A DNA stretch of 60,593 bases, taken from contig JACPKW010000004.1 in the NCBI GenBank assembly GCA_016186825.1, forward strand, positions 196,237-256,829, given 5' to 3'. This document shows positions 1 through 7,787 of the stretch, one piece after another; within the stretch, counting starts at the first letter, position 1; every line of letters starts with the position of its first letter. Below the pieces are notes generated by a model. The model searched no databases. It was not told the origin of the DNA and worked only from the letters and a program-made list of their open reading frames with translations. Origin of the DNA: Candidatus Giovannonibacteria bacterium. GTDB lineage: Bacteria; Patescibacteriota; Minisyncoccia; JACPKW01; UBA11713. The translations under genes were made by a program, and so were the position numbers.

Positions 1-450
1 ATAAGTGCTCGGATTGTCCCAATCTCCGGAAATTTCTGAATCGCAGTCGCCTCCCAGTGCGAATGCTTCAGGCATATTTCCAAGTGCAGTTCTTAATTTT
101 ATTTTTTGCGGGCGGAGCGCTTCGGTGGACCACGAAATATATCCGGTCGCTTCCTTCAAGCAGGGTGTTTTGTCTCTTACAAAAAGTGATTTTTGATAGA
201 TATCATCGGTTGAGGTTCCAAGCGTGAGCAACTGTGTAAAATCAAATCTGGAAATTGCGCGCGCTTCTTCCAAAACTTTTCCAATTTTGTTCAAAGCCTC
301 GTTTTGAGTAATGCTGTCTGCTTTCAAGCTTTGATTTGCAAAAACGAGAAGCGCCGATGCTGAAAGGCTTAGGGAAAGCAGAGCAAGCGCGATTAAAATT
401 TCAAGCAGGCTTCCGCCCCTTATTCTGCATTTTTTGAAATCAGTAATCAA
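1..450 (-). CDS. type IV pilin-like (pseudopilin) protein, 3' end cut by window edge
   Basis: Not in ORF track because it runs off the window. Minus-strand frame is open from 450 to 1. TTG at 450-448 overlaps the stop of the upstream pilin gene. Translated N-terminus MITDFKKCRIRG/GSLLEILIALALLSLSL is a prepilin-type leader plus hydrophobic helix with Glu at +5. Confidence 0.5.
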   Translation of the reverse strand, partial: MITDFKKCRIRGGSLLEILIALALLSLSLSASALLVFANQSLKADSITQNEALNKIGKVLEEARAISRFDFTQLLTLGTSTDDIYQKSLFVRDKTPCLKEATGYISWSTEALRPQKIKLRTALGNMPEAFALGGDCDSEISGDWDNPSTY

Positions 451-976
451 TTCCGCCCGCATTGTTGATTGTGATTGTAAATGTTTTTTGACTGTTTGAA
501 ATTTTGAGATTGCAGTTTCCGGTCTCGCCTGAAACTTTTGAAAAAACAACTTCATTGTTTGTGCATGTGTTTGAAAAAGAAAGAGCTGGGTTTTTTTCAA
601 GCGGGAGGTTGTAAGCGGGCTGTGCGCCGTAAGTATTTCCTCGAAAGAGAATAAGCGCTGTCGGATTTGCGAGATATACACCGTGGTCAGCGCCCGAAAT
701 ATTGTTAATCGCTTCGCTCCGCGCTTTTTCAAGAGCAAAGATGGCTTCATCAACTTGCGAGCGAAGGTTTTGTTTTCGGTAAGAATCAATCCCTGCGATA
801 ATGCCGTATGTAGCAATTATCCCAATAATCGCGATGACAATAATCAGTTCAATAAAAGTAAATCCTCCCGCCAAATTTTTGGAAAAATTTGGCGGGAGGA
901 TTATACCGCGATTAGCGGGGCTCGCCCCGTTAGAAGTTGGGTTATTCTTTAAATGATACAGTTGCATTATCGTCAA
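440..976 (-). CDS. type IV pilin / pseudopilin with prepilin-type N-terminal motif
   Basis: AGG/FTFIELIIVIAIIGIIATYG is a class III signal-peptide cleavage/methylation motif (Glu+5) plus hydrophobic helix. Start is uncertain: the ATG/TTG near 967-976 gives a ~37-aa leader, while an in-frame TTG at 874-872 gives an MAGG leader. Confidence 0.75.
   Translation of the reverse strand: MTIMQLYHLKNNPTSNGASPANRGIILPPNFSKNLAGGFTFIELIIVIAIIGIIATYGIIAGIDSYRKQNLRSQVDEAIFALEKARSEAINNISGADHGVYLANPTALILFRGNTYGAQPAYNLPLEKNPALSFSNTCTNNEVVFSKVSGETGNCNLKISNSQKTFTITINNAGGIDY
864..899. repeat. perfect 36-nt palindrome inside the pilin leader-coding region
   Basis: CCTCCCGCCAAATTTTT-GG-AAAAATTTGGCGGGAGG read directly, with 17-nt arms. 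A TATAAT hexamer lies immediately upstream on the minus strand. Confidence 0.9.
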
Positions 977-1016
977 AATTTTTCATCAAATTTTTTTGCA
1001 AAGACTTCTAACGGGG
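925..1016. repeat. inverted-repeat element with CCCCGTTAGAAGT / ACTTCTAACGGGG termini (long copy 1)
   Basis: 13-nt arms at 925-937 and 1004-1016 are exact reverse complements. One arm supplies the last codons and stop of pilC (SPR*); the other lies in the 5' part of the pilin ORF. An adjacent CGGGGCTCGCCCCG mini-hairpin (916-929) competes for the same CCCCG. Confidence 0.8.
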
Positions 1017-2186
1017 TGAAAGATGCTGGGTAACTTCATAAATCGGAGTGATAATTGAAATTGCGATAAACCCGATCATAAGCCCCATCAAAATCATCAT
1101 TGCGGGCTCGATTACGTTCGAAAGTCGTTTTGTTTCATCGTTCAATTCCTGCTCATAAATTTCAGAGAGATATAAAAGCGTTTCGGAAAGATTCCCCGTG
1201 GCTTCTCCGACCGAAAGCATTTCCGATACCAAAACAGGAAACAGCCGCTCATTTTTTTCAAAATATTTTGAAAACGTGCCGCCTTTGGTGATGTCGCGAT
1301 GCAAGTTTCTAAGTTCGCGCTCATAAATCAAGTTTGCGGTCGTGTCTGCGGTAATTTGAACAGCTTCGAGCACGCGCACCTGGCTTTTCAAAAGGAGTCC
1401 AAGCGTGCGGCAGATGTTTGCAAGATAATAATGTTTTAAAAGAAGGCCGACCAGGGGGAGCCTCAAGAAGAAGCGATCGAGCTGAAATTTAAACCGCCGA
1501 AAACGCAAAAGAAAAATAAATAAGAAAAAAGCAGCAATTAATCCGGCAAGAAGGAAAAAACCGAATTTAATAAGGAAAGTCGAAAGACCTAAAAGCGCGC
1601 GAGTTGTGAAAGGGAGTTCCACCTTGAGGCTCTGAAAAACCGGCAGAAGCTTGGGAAAAAGATAAACTGTGAGAAGAGCTGAAACTGCGAATGCCGCAAC
1701 CATTATAAAAAGCGGGTAGACCAAGGCGCCCGTGATTTTCCGTTTAAGCTCGCGTTTTTTGTCAAGTTCCTGGGACAAGTATTTTAAATTTTCCGAGAGC
1801 GTTCCCGAAGTTTCGCCGACTTTAATAATATTGACCGCAAAACTTCCGAAAACTTTTGAAAAGCGTCCGAGGCTTTTTGAAAGAAACTGTCCGTTTGAGA
1901 CATCATGGAAAATAGTCTCAAACATTTTTTTATTTGAAAGGGATTTTGCCTGCTTCTTTAAAATATTAATGGATTCTAAAATCGGCATTCCGGCTTTTAC
2001 TAAAAGCGAGAGGCGGCGCGCAAAAAGCGATTGTTCTTGCAGCGAGAGTTTGGCCCTCGAAAAGCTTGGCAGACGAAATTTACTCCGCTCTATCGCGTTT
2101 TTTTCTAACTTTTTATCACGCGAAATAGAATTAATAGTTTTTCTGCGAAGCATCAACATTTGAAGGAGTATGCGGGGCTTATTCAT
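1008..2186 (-). CDS. pilC: type IV pilus / T2SS platform protein (GspF/PilC family)
   Basis: 392 aa with two repeated T2SSF-like cytoplasmic regions and hydrophobic TM segments (e.g. GALVYPLFIMVAAFAVSALL). Overlaps pilB by 8 nt. Confidence 0.85.
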   Translation of the reverse strand: MNKPRILLQMLMLRRKTINSISRDKKLEKNAIERSKFRLPSFSRAKLSLQEQSLFARRLSLLVKAGMPILESINILKKQAKSLSNKKMFETIFHDVSNGQFLSKSLGRFSKVFGSFAVNIIKVGETSGTLSENLKYLSQELDKKRELKRKITGALVYPLFIMVAAFAVSALLTVYLFPKLLPVFQSLKVELPFTTRALLGLSTFLIKFGFFLLAGLIAAFFLFIFLLRFRRFKFQLDRFFLRLPLVGLLLKHYYLANICRTLGLLLKSQVRVLEAVQITADTTANLIYERELRNLHRDITKGGTFSKYFEKNERLFPVLVSEMLSVGEATGNLSETLLYLSEIYEQELNDETKRLSNVIEPAMMILMGLMIGFIAISIITPIYEVTQHLSPR

Positions 2187-3396
2187 GGATCACCCGCAAA
2201 ACTTCTTCCACAGTGGTTATGCCCTCCTTAACTTTATCGAAACCGTCGTCAACCATGGTTTTCATTCCGCGGGCAATCGCCGTTTTCTTAATTTCGAAAG
2301 CTGAACTTCTTTTGAGCATGGCTTCTCGAACCGTTTCATCCATTTCGAAGACTTCATAAATTCCAATTCTGCCGAAATAGCCGGAGTAATTGCAGTCATC
2401 GCAGCCCTGTCCTCGATAAGTTTGAGCATCTTTATCAAAACTTGTCTTGCCGGATATTCTGTCGAGATATTTTAATTCGTATTTTGTAAATACATGTTTT
2501 ATTTTGCATTTCTCGCAGATTTTTCTGACGAGCCGCTGGGCAATAATGACGTTGACTGTGGCGGTGATCAGATATGGCTCAATACCTAAATCAAGAAGTC
2601 GGGGGAGGGTAGTCGCCGCGTCGTTCGTATGCAGGCTTGAAAGGACGAGATGGCCAGTAAGGGCGGTATTTACAGCAAGCCCCGCGGTTTCGCCGTCGCG
2701 GATTTCCCCGACCATGATGATATCGGGATCCTGGCGGAGGATCGAGCGAAGGCCGTTTGCGAAACTTAGGCCGGTTTTTGAATTAACCTGCATTTGAATT
2801 ATGTCGTTGATTGCGTATTCGATAGGATCCTCGATCGTAATTATCGAAACGCCCGGCGTGTGGAGCGCTTTTAAAATTGTATAGAGCGTAGTTGTTTTTC
2901 CGGATCCCGTCGGGCCGGTTGCGAGAATCATCCCGTAAGGTTTTCGCATTGCGTGGTCGATTTTTTCCATGTCTTCGGTGCGGAAACCCAAAGTATCCAA
3001 AGTGAATTTTTCAGCGCGATCTGAAAGAAGCCGGAGCACGGCGTTTTCTCCGTAATAAGTCGGCGCGATTGAAACGCGCACATCAATTGCTCCCATGTGT
3101 TCTGAAATTACGCGAAAGCGGCCGTCTTGTCCGGTTTGATGTTCGTCTGTGCGGATGCCTGCGAGAACTTTTATTCTTGTTACGACTTCTTGCTGAATAT
3201 CTTTTGGAAATTCATATACGTCTTGAAGCATGCCGTCAATCCGCAGGCGTATTTTTACTTCGTTTTCACGGGGATCAATGTGGATGTCTGATGACCGAAG
3301 TTCGTGCGCTTCTTCGATCAGGGCATCCACAAGTGAAATTATAGAAATGATTTGCCCGCCTTTGAGTTCCTTTAGAACCTTGTTTTCTTTAATCAT
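2179..3396 (-). CDS. pilB: type IV pilus assembly ATPase (GspE/PilB family)
   Basis: Walker A GPTGSGKTTT, Asp box, Walker B-like DPDIIMVGEIRD, His box LVLSSLHTNDA and a C-terminal tetracysteine motif (CEKC...CDDC). Confidence 0.9.
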   Translation of the reverse strand: MIKENKVLKELKGGQIISIISLVDALIEEAHELRSSDIHIDPRENEVKIRLRIDGMLQDVYEFPKDIQQEVVTRIKVLAGIRTDEHQTGQDGRFRVISEHMGAIDVRVSIAPTYYGENAVLRLLSDRAEKFTLDTLGFRTEDMEKIDHAMRKPYGMILATGPTGSGKTTTLYTILKALHTPGVSIITIEDPIEYAINDIIQMQVNSKTGLSFANGLRSILRQDPDIIMVGEIRDGETAGLAVNTALTGHLVLSSLHTNDAATTLPRLLDLGIEPYLITATVNVIIAQRLVRKICEKCKIKHVFTKYELKYLDRISGKTSFDKDAQTYRGQGCDDCNYSGYFGRIGIYEVFEMDETVREAMLKRSSAFEIKKTAIARGMKTMVDDGFDKVKEGITTVEEVLRVIHE

Positions 3397-3406
3397 TTTT
3401 CGTTTT

Positions 3407-3509
3407 CCCCCGTTAGAAGCTCACACGGGGCATTAAACCTCTTTGTTTGCTAAAATCGAACCGCATTATCCTCCCGGAAAACCGCGGAGGAATTCTGCTT
3501 CTGACGGGG
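3407..3509. repeat. inverted-repeat element with CCCCGTTAGAAGC / GCTTCTGACGGGG termini (long copy 2)
   Basis: Arms at 3407-3420 and 3497-3509 are complementary with one mismatch. They enclose ~75 nt containing an internal CCTCCCGG...CCGCGGAGG hairpin. The element sits immediately 5' of the pilB start on the minus strand. Confidence 0.7.
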
Positions 3510-3599
3510 TTTAGGCTAAACTATAGCACGAGATTTTCGAAATCACATCTGATCTCTATTAGATAATTATAGTCGTATTTATGAGGTATAATATACAAA

Positions 3600-4541
3600 T
3601 TGAAAAAAACGCTTAAAAAATACTTTATTCCCCACAAGGAGAACGATAATAAACCCCATTTTCTGCGCCCGGTGGCTGTTTTCGTTGTTCTCGCAGCTAT
3701 CTTAATTGCCGAAGCTGTTTTTCTTCTTGATATTTTTTTTGCGTTTCCGAAATCGAATTTCATCGCGGCCGTTTTGCCGAGTGTTCTAGTTGATCTCACG
3801 AATGAATCCAGGGCCCAAGAAAATATGATGCCGCTTCAAACAAATTCGCTTCTGGAAAAAGCCGCAAAACTGAAGGCAGAGGATATGGCTAAACGCGGAT
3901 ACTTTTCACATGTGGCGCCAGACGGCAAATCGCCTTGGCATTTTTTTGACGAGGTGGGGTATCTTTATCAGGGTGCCGGCGAAAATCTTGCTGTGAATTT
4001 TTTTGATTCAAGCGATGTTGCGCGGGCCTGGATGAATTCGACCGGACACCGCGCAAATATTTTGAATAAACAATTTAAGGAAATAGGGATTTCGACAGCC
4101 GAGGGTGTTTATGAAGGGAGAGTCGCGGTTTTTGTTGTCCAGTTTTTTGGAACACCTGCCATCGCTAACTCGGGTTTCAGAGCAACCGGAACCGCAGGCA
4201 CTACGCCCGATATAAAAATTACCGAGGCAGAAAATAAAATGTCGATTGCGCTTGCTGTGTCGCAAGAAAATGCCGAAACAACCTCCGTCTTATCCGTTAG
4301 TAACGAAAAGGCAGCCGCGTCTGTTGGTGAAAAGATATTTTCGGCTCCGCGTATGGCGCTCAATTACGTTTTCGGGGCGCTTGGCATAATTGTGATGCTC
4401 GCGCTGATGCTTAAAATTTTTGTGAAAATAAAAATCCAGCACCCCGTTTTGATCGCAAACGGAGTCCTATTGATAATCACAATGCTTGGATTCGCGGCGG
4501 CAAATGATTATTTAAACTTTTTGTTTACAAAAATTATCTAA
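3600..4541 (+). CDS. membrane-anchored CAP/SCP (YkwD-like) domain protein
   Basis: N-terminal TM helix, then a CAP-domain pattern (AEDMAKRGYFSHVAPDG...GENLA...WMNSTGHRANIL...IG), then C-terminal TM helices. TTG start lies only 8 nt after a TATAAT at 3587-3592. Confidence 0.65.
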   Translation: MKKTLKKYFIPHKENDNKPHFLRPVAVFVVLAAILIAEAVFLLDIFFAFPKSNFIAAVLPSVLVDLTNESRAQENMMPLQTNSLLEKAAKLKAEDMAKRGYFSHVAPDGKSPWHFFDEVGYLYQGAGENLAVNFFDSSDVARAWMNSTGHRANILNKQFKEIGISTAEGVYEGRVAVFVVQFFGTPAIANSGFRATGTAGTTPDIKITEAENKMSIALAVSQENAETTSVLSVSNEKAAASVGEKIFSAPRMALNYVFGALGIIVMLALMLKIFVKIKIQHPVLIANGVLLIITMLGFAAANDYLNFLFTKII

Positions 4542-4547
4542 TTAGTA

Positions 4548-5606
4548 ATGACAGATCGGCAGATTTTTTATAAAAAAATCGTTTATCTTTTATTCGCTCT
4601 GATTTTAATAGCGGGTGTTTTTGTTTACTTGCTTTTAGTCCCGGCCCCGGATTTTCCGATCGGCGAAGTATTTACGATCCGTCAGGGCGAAGGATTGAAA
4701 GAAATCGCTACTAACTTGCACGAGCGCGGTTTCATCCGCTCAAGCTCGCTTTTTCAGCTCTCGGTTTCGTTTTGGGGCAAAAGTAAGAATTTGCAGGCGG
4801 GGGATTATTATTTTGAAGCGCCCGTTTCGCTTTATGAGATTGCAAAGAGAGTTTCGAGAGGCGATTTTGGCATAAAAATTTTTAAAATCACAATTCCGGA
4901 AGGCTCGAATTTAAAACAAATTGCGGATATTTTTGAAGGCGCCGGACTTTATAATAAGCAAAAAATTTTTGAATTGACGGGTTTGCCCGCGGTCATTGAT
5001 AAAAATCCGACAGTGCTTTCATCTGGCGACTTTTCAGAAAAGAGTCCGCTAGTCTCCAAAAAGCCTAAAAGTTTATCGCTCGAAGGCTATCTTTTCCCTG
5101 ACACTTATTTTTTTACCGAATACACCTCGCTCCCAAAAGCGCTCGAAAGGATGATTAGGAACTTAGAGGACAAAGTCACGCCTGAAATAAGGTCAGAAAT
5201 TGCGAGAAAGGGAAAAACAGTCCACGAGATTCTTACAATGGCTTCGTTGGTTGAAGAAGAGGCTACTAAAGACACTGATCGAAAGATGATAGCGGGAATT
5301 TTATGGAAAAGGCTTGCGATTGGCATGCCTTTGCAGGTTGATCCGACTGTCCGATACTCTACTGGAAAATATAACGGAGGAATTCCGGCGGAAGATTTTA
5401 AAATTGATTCTGCATTTAATACGTATAAATACGCGGGGCTTCCCCCGGGCCCAATTTCAAATCCGGGCATTGAAGCAATTCGCGCAACGCTTGAACCGAT
5501 CGAGTCGCCATATTTCTTTTATATGTCGGACGCGCACGATAACACTTATTACGCGGTAACTTTCGAAGAGCACAAAGAAAATAAGCGCAAATATTTGAAC
5601 AAATAG
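4548..5606 (+). CDS. mltG: endolytic murein transglycosylase MltG (YceG-like), copy 1
   Basis: N-terminal TM anchor plus YceG motifs LQAGDYYF, ITIPEG, ASLVEEEA, LQVDPTVRY and NTYKYAGLPPGPISNPG. Confidence 0.85.
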   Translation: MTDRQIFYKKIVYLLFALILIAGVFVYLLLVPAPDFPIGEVFTIRQGEGLKEIATNLHERGFIRSSSLFQLSVSFWGKSKNLQAGDYYFEAPVSLYEIAKRVSRGDFGIKIFKITIPEGSNLKQIADIFEGAGLYNKQKIFELTGLPAVIDKNPTVLSSGDFSEKSPLVSKKPKSLSLEGYLFPDTYFFTEYTSLPKALERMIRNLEDKVTPEIRSEIARKGKTVHEILTMASLVEEEATKDTDRKMIAGILWKRLAIGMPLQVDPTVRYSTGKYNGGIPAEDFKIDSAFNTYKYAGLPPGPISNPGIEAIRATLEPIESPYFFYMSDAHDNTYYAVTFEEHKENKRKYLNK

Positions 5607-5722
5607 TCTGCTTTACAATTTTTTTAAAAATATGTATTGCTTTTTTCATTTTGACCCAGAAGCTGAATAGCGGTTATATCTAAGTGAGTGTTCGTTTTTA
5701 AATTTTTACTCGAGGAGGTTCT

Positions 5723-6286
5723 ATGCTCAGAAAGCTGAATAAAAGTTATCCGGTTAATATAAGTTCAAAGCTGCGCAAAGATCACCGCTGGTTTGAAAAA
5801 GCACTTGAGCCAATCAAGAATAAGCTCTTGAGTGATAAACGCAAAGAGCTTGCTTTGACGGGGCCAAAACTTACGCCTCGTGAATTAGTTAAGATAGCCG
5901 ATGAGCTTGAGGAAATTCAAAGAGAGTTAAATCCCTTGCTGATTAGGCACAAAGAACTTTCCGACCAAATTGCTGCGCATTTCGGGCACACCGGGATCAA
6001 AGAAATCATCGGGAACCTCGGCCGAACGGAGATTTCTACGCCTTATATTATTAAGGTGGATCCAAAGATTATTGAAAAAGAAATGCCGGAAGAAATGGCT
6101 GCTATGACGGAGCGGAGGTTGGTTCCTGAAAGAATGCTTCTGCATCTGCAAAGAAACTGGGACGTGTTGTCGGCGGCTTTCTTAAAAGCCATCATGGGCA
6201 GGGTATCCATTTATATTACACTTCCGAGTTCGCAGAGGCCCGAGAGCGGGAGAACCTTTGATGAGGAAGAAGAGACTGCCGCTTAA
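5723..6286 (+). CDS. hypothetical protein (coiled-coil N-terminus, acidic C-terminus)
   Basis: Strong RBS GAGGAGG 5 nt upstream of the ATG, and a terminator directly downstream. No recognisable motif. Confidence 0.5.
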   Translation: MLRKLNKSYPVNISSKLRKDHRWFEKALEPIKNKLLSDKRKELALTGPKLTPRELVKIADELEEIQRELNPLLIRHKELSDQIAAHFGHTGIKEIIGNLGRTEISTPYIIKVDPKIIEKEMPEEMAAMTERRLVPERMLLHLQRNWDVLSAAFLKAIMGRVSIYITLPSSQRPESGRTFDEEEETAA

Positions 6287-6306
6287 AGAGCTTTTAAAAA
6301 AATTGA

Positions 6307-6341
6307 CCCGTTTCGGTGCGATCGAAACGGGCATTTTTTAT
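6307..6341 (+). terminator. rho-independent terminator (copy 1 of an identical pair)
   Basis: CCCGTTTCG-GTGCGAT-CGAAACGGG followed by CATTTTTTAT. This 35-nt string is identical to 7663-7697. Confidence 0.8.
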
Positions 6342-6415
6342 GCTGTTTAAGTAATTTCAGGAAGCGATATGCGTCTTAAGATTACGATATCTACGATCTA
6401 AAGGAGGCTGTTTTG

Positions 6416-7633
6416 ATGAACCTTAAAATAATTACGGCTATTTTTGCTGTGCTTCTGTTGAGTTTCATCCAGGCTGAATCGGCAGAGCTAATTAACGGCG
6501 GCTTTGAAACTGCGGGAGCTTCATTAAATGAGGCATTAAACTGGAAACTGGCGAAGTTTTGCAATAAGGGACATGTCAGGGTGAGAAGTCCGAGAAAATC
6601 GGGTTCTTGGTCGCTCAAGTTGCAGAACACTTCGGCTGATGACATTTCCTGTTCGTTTCAAAAAATTGTTTTTAACCAGCAGGAGTTAAAGCCCATTTTG
6701 TTAACTGGGTTTATCCGAGGAAATGTGAAAAAAACACCGAATGGATTTTTTGGGGCTACTCTATATGTAGAAATCCATCTCGTTGACGGCACGATTGTTT
6801 ACTGGAATTCGGCTCCGAATTTTGGGAGCTTCGCATGGCGGGAAGCGGGAATAAATCTTTCGAGCATCTATAAAGTGACTGGACCAATTGCGTATGTAAA
6901 CGTGATCCCGCTTCTGATGGATGGGACTGGCGCCGCCTACTTCGATAATTTAGTGATCCGGGAATTCGAACCGCGCGAGGCAGCGGTTACGCTGATGTTC
7001 GACGACGGACACGAATCTGCTTTCAATGTCGCAAAGCCGGTTTTGGATGCATACGGGCTTTGCGCTTCGGCCGCAGTCGTAACTGGAGAGATCGATAAGC
7101 CTGATTCAATGACAACAGCAGATTTGCAGGAGCTTGAAAACGATTGCTGGAGCATTTCTTCCCACAGTGAAACCCATGCTCATCTAGACGATATTCCAAT
7201 CGGCAAAGCGAGAAACGAAATGATCAATTCGAAAAAAACGCTCAAGAAGAAAAAGATCGAGGCAGTCAGTTTTGCCTACCCGTTTGGAGATTTTAATGGG
7301 GCGCTTTTTGCGGAATGCCAAAAACACTATGTCTCTTGTCGCGGAGTGAATGCTGGAGTAAACCCGACGCGAGGGCTTTACCCGCATGACGTTAAAACGC
7401 GGGTAGTAAAAAATACGACAACGCTTGGGGATGTGTGGAACTGGCTAAGCGAAGCTTGGGAAAAGAAAGCGTGGGTTGTAATAGTTTTCCATGTGATCGC
7501 TGATGATTGGGACGATGCTTACCATACTCCCGTTTCGGACTTCGAGGAGATGGCGGATCTTGTCGCTAATTCCGGACTCGACGTAATCACCTATGACGAA
7601 GGAGTCAGGCGCTACTCCGTCGGGAAGCCTTAG
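6416..7633 (+). CDS. secreted polysaccharide deacetylase (NodB/CE4-like) with N-terminal carbohydrate-binding-like domain
   Basis: Signal peptide MNLKIITAIFAVLLLSFIQAESA, an NGGFE motif typical of CBM4_9-like modules, NodB motifs TLMFDDGHES and HSETH, and RBS AAGGAGG 8 nt upstream of the ATG at 6416. Confidence 0.7.
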   Translation: MNLKIITAIFAVLLLSFIQAESAELINGGFETAGASLNEALNWKLAKFCNKGHVRVRSPRKSGSWSLKLQNTSADDISCSFQKIVFNQQELKPILLTGFIRGNVKKTPNGFFGATLYVEIHLVDGTIVYWNSAPNFGSFAWREAGINLSSIYKVTGPIAYVNVIPLLMDGTGAAYFDNLVIREFEPREAAVTLMFDDGHESAFNVAKPVLDAYGLCASAAVVTGEIDKPDSMTTADLQELENDCWSISSHSETHAHLDDIPIGKARNEMINSKKTLKKKKIEAVSFAYPFGDFNGALFAECQKHYVSCRGVNAGVNPTRGLYPHDVKTRVVKNTTTLGDVWNWLSEAWEKKAWVVIVFHVIADDWDDAYHTPVSDFEEMADLVANSGLDVITYDEGVRRYSVGKP

Positions 7634-7662
7634 CCGCAGTCAATAAAGACTTATGAGTCCTG

Positions 7663-7697
7663 CCCGTTTCGGTGCGATCGAAACGGGCATTTTTTAT
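7663..7697 (+). terminator. rho-independent terminator (copy 2 of an identical pair)
   Basis: Same 35-nt string as 6307-6341. The ORF-track start at 7653 translates this hairpin and is therefore unlikely to be real. Confidence 0.8.
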
Positions 7698-7787
7698 TTT
7701 AAAGTTGTTAACAGTTTTTTTGTTGGTGATTTTTTAATTTCTTGCTATATCAAAAGAGGAATCCTTAAATTTTTAGCCGAAAGCGAG

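Noticed and set aside
5-196. 63-aa plus-strand ORF at the window start
   Set aside because: It lies antisense to a much better minus-strand frame that encodes a prepilin-type protein (open across 1-450). It has no RBS and no motif.
7653-7787. ORF-track start of the Trp-rich protein at 7653
   Set aside because: The first 15 codons translate the intrinsic terminator hairpin that is duplicated at 6307-6341. A downstream GTG after GAGG is more plausible.
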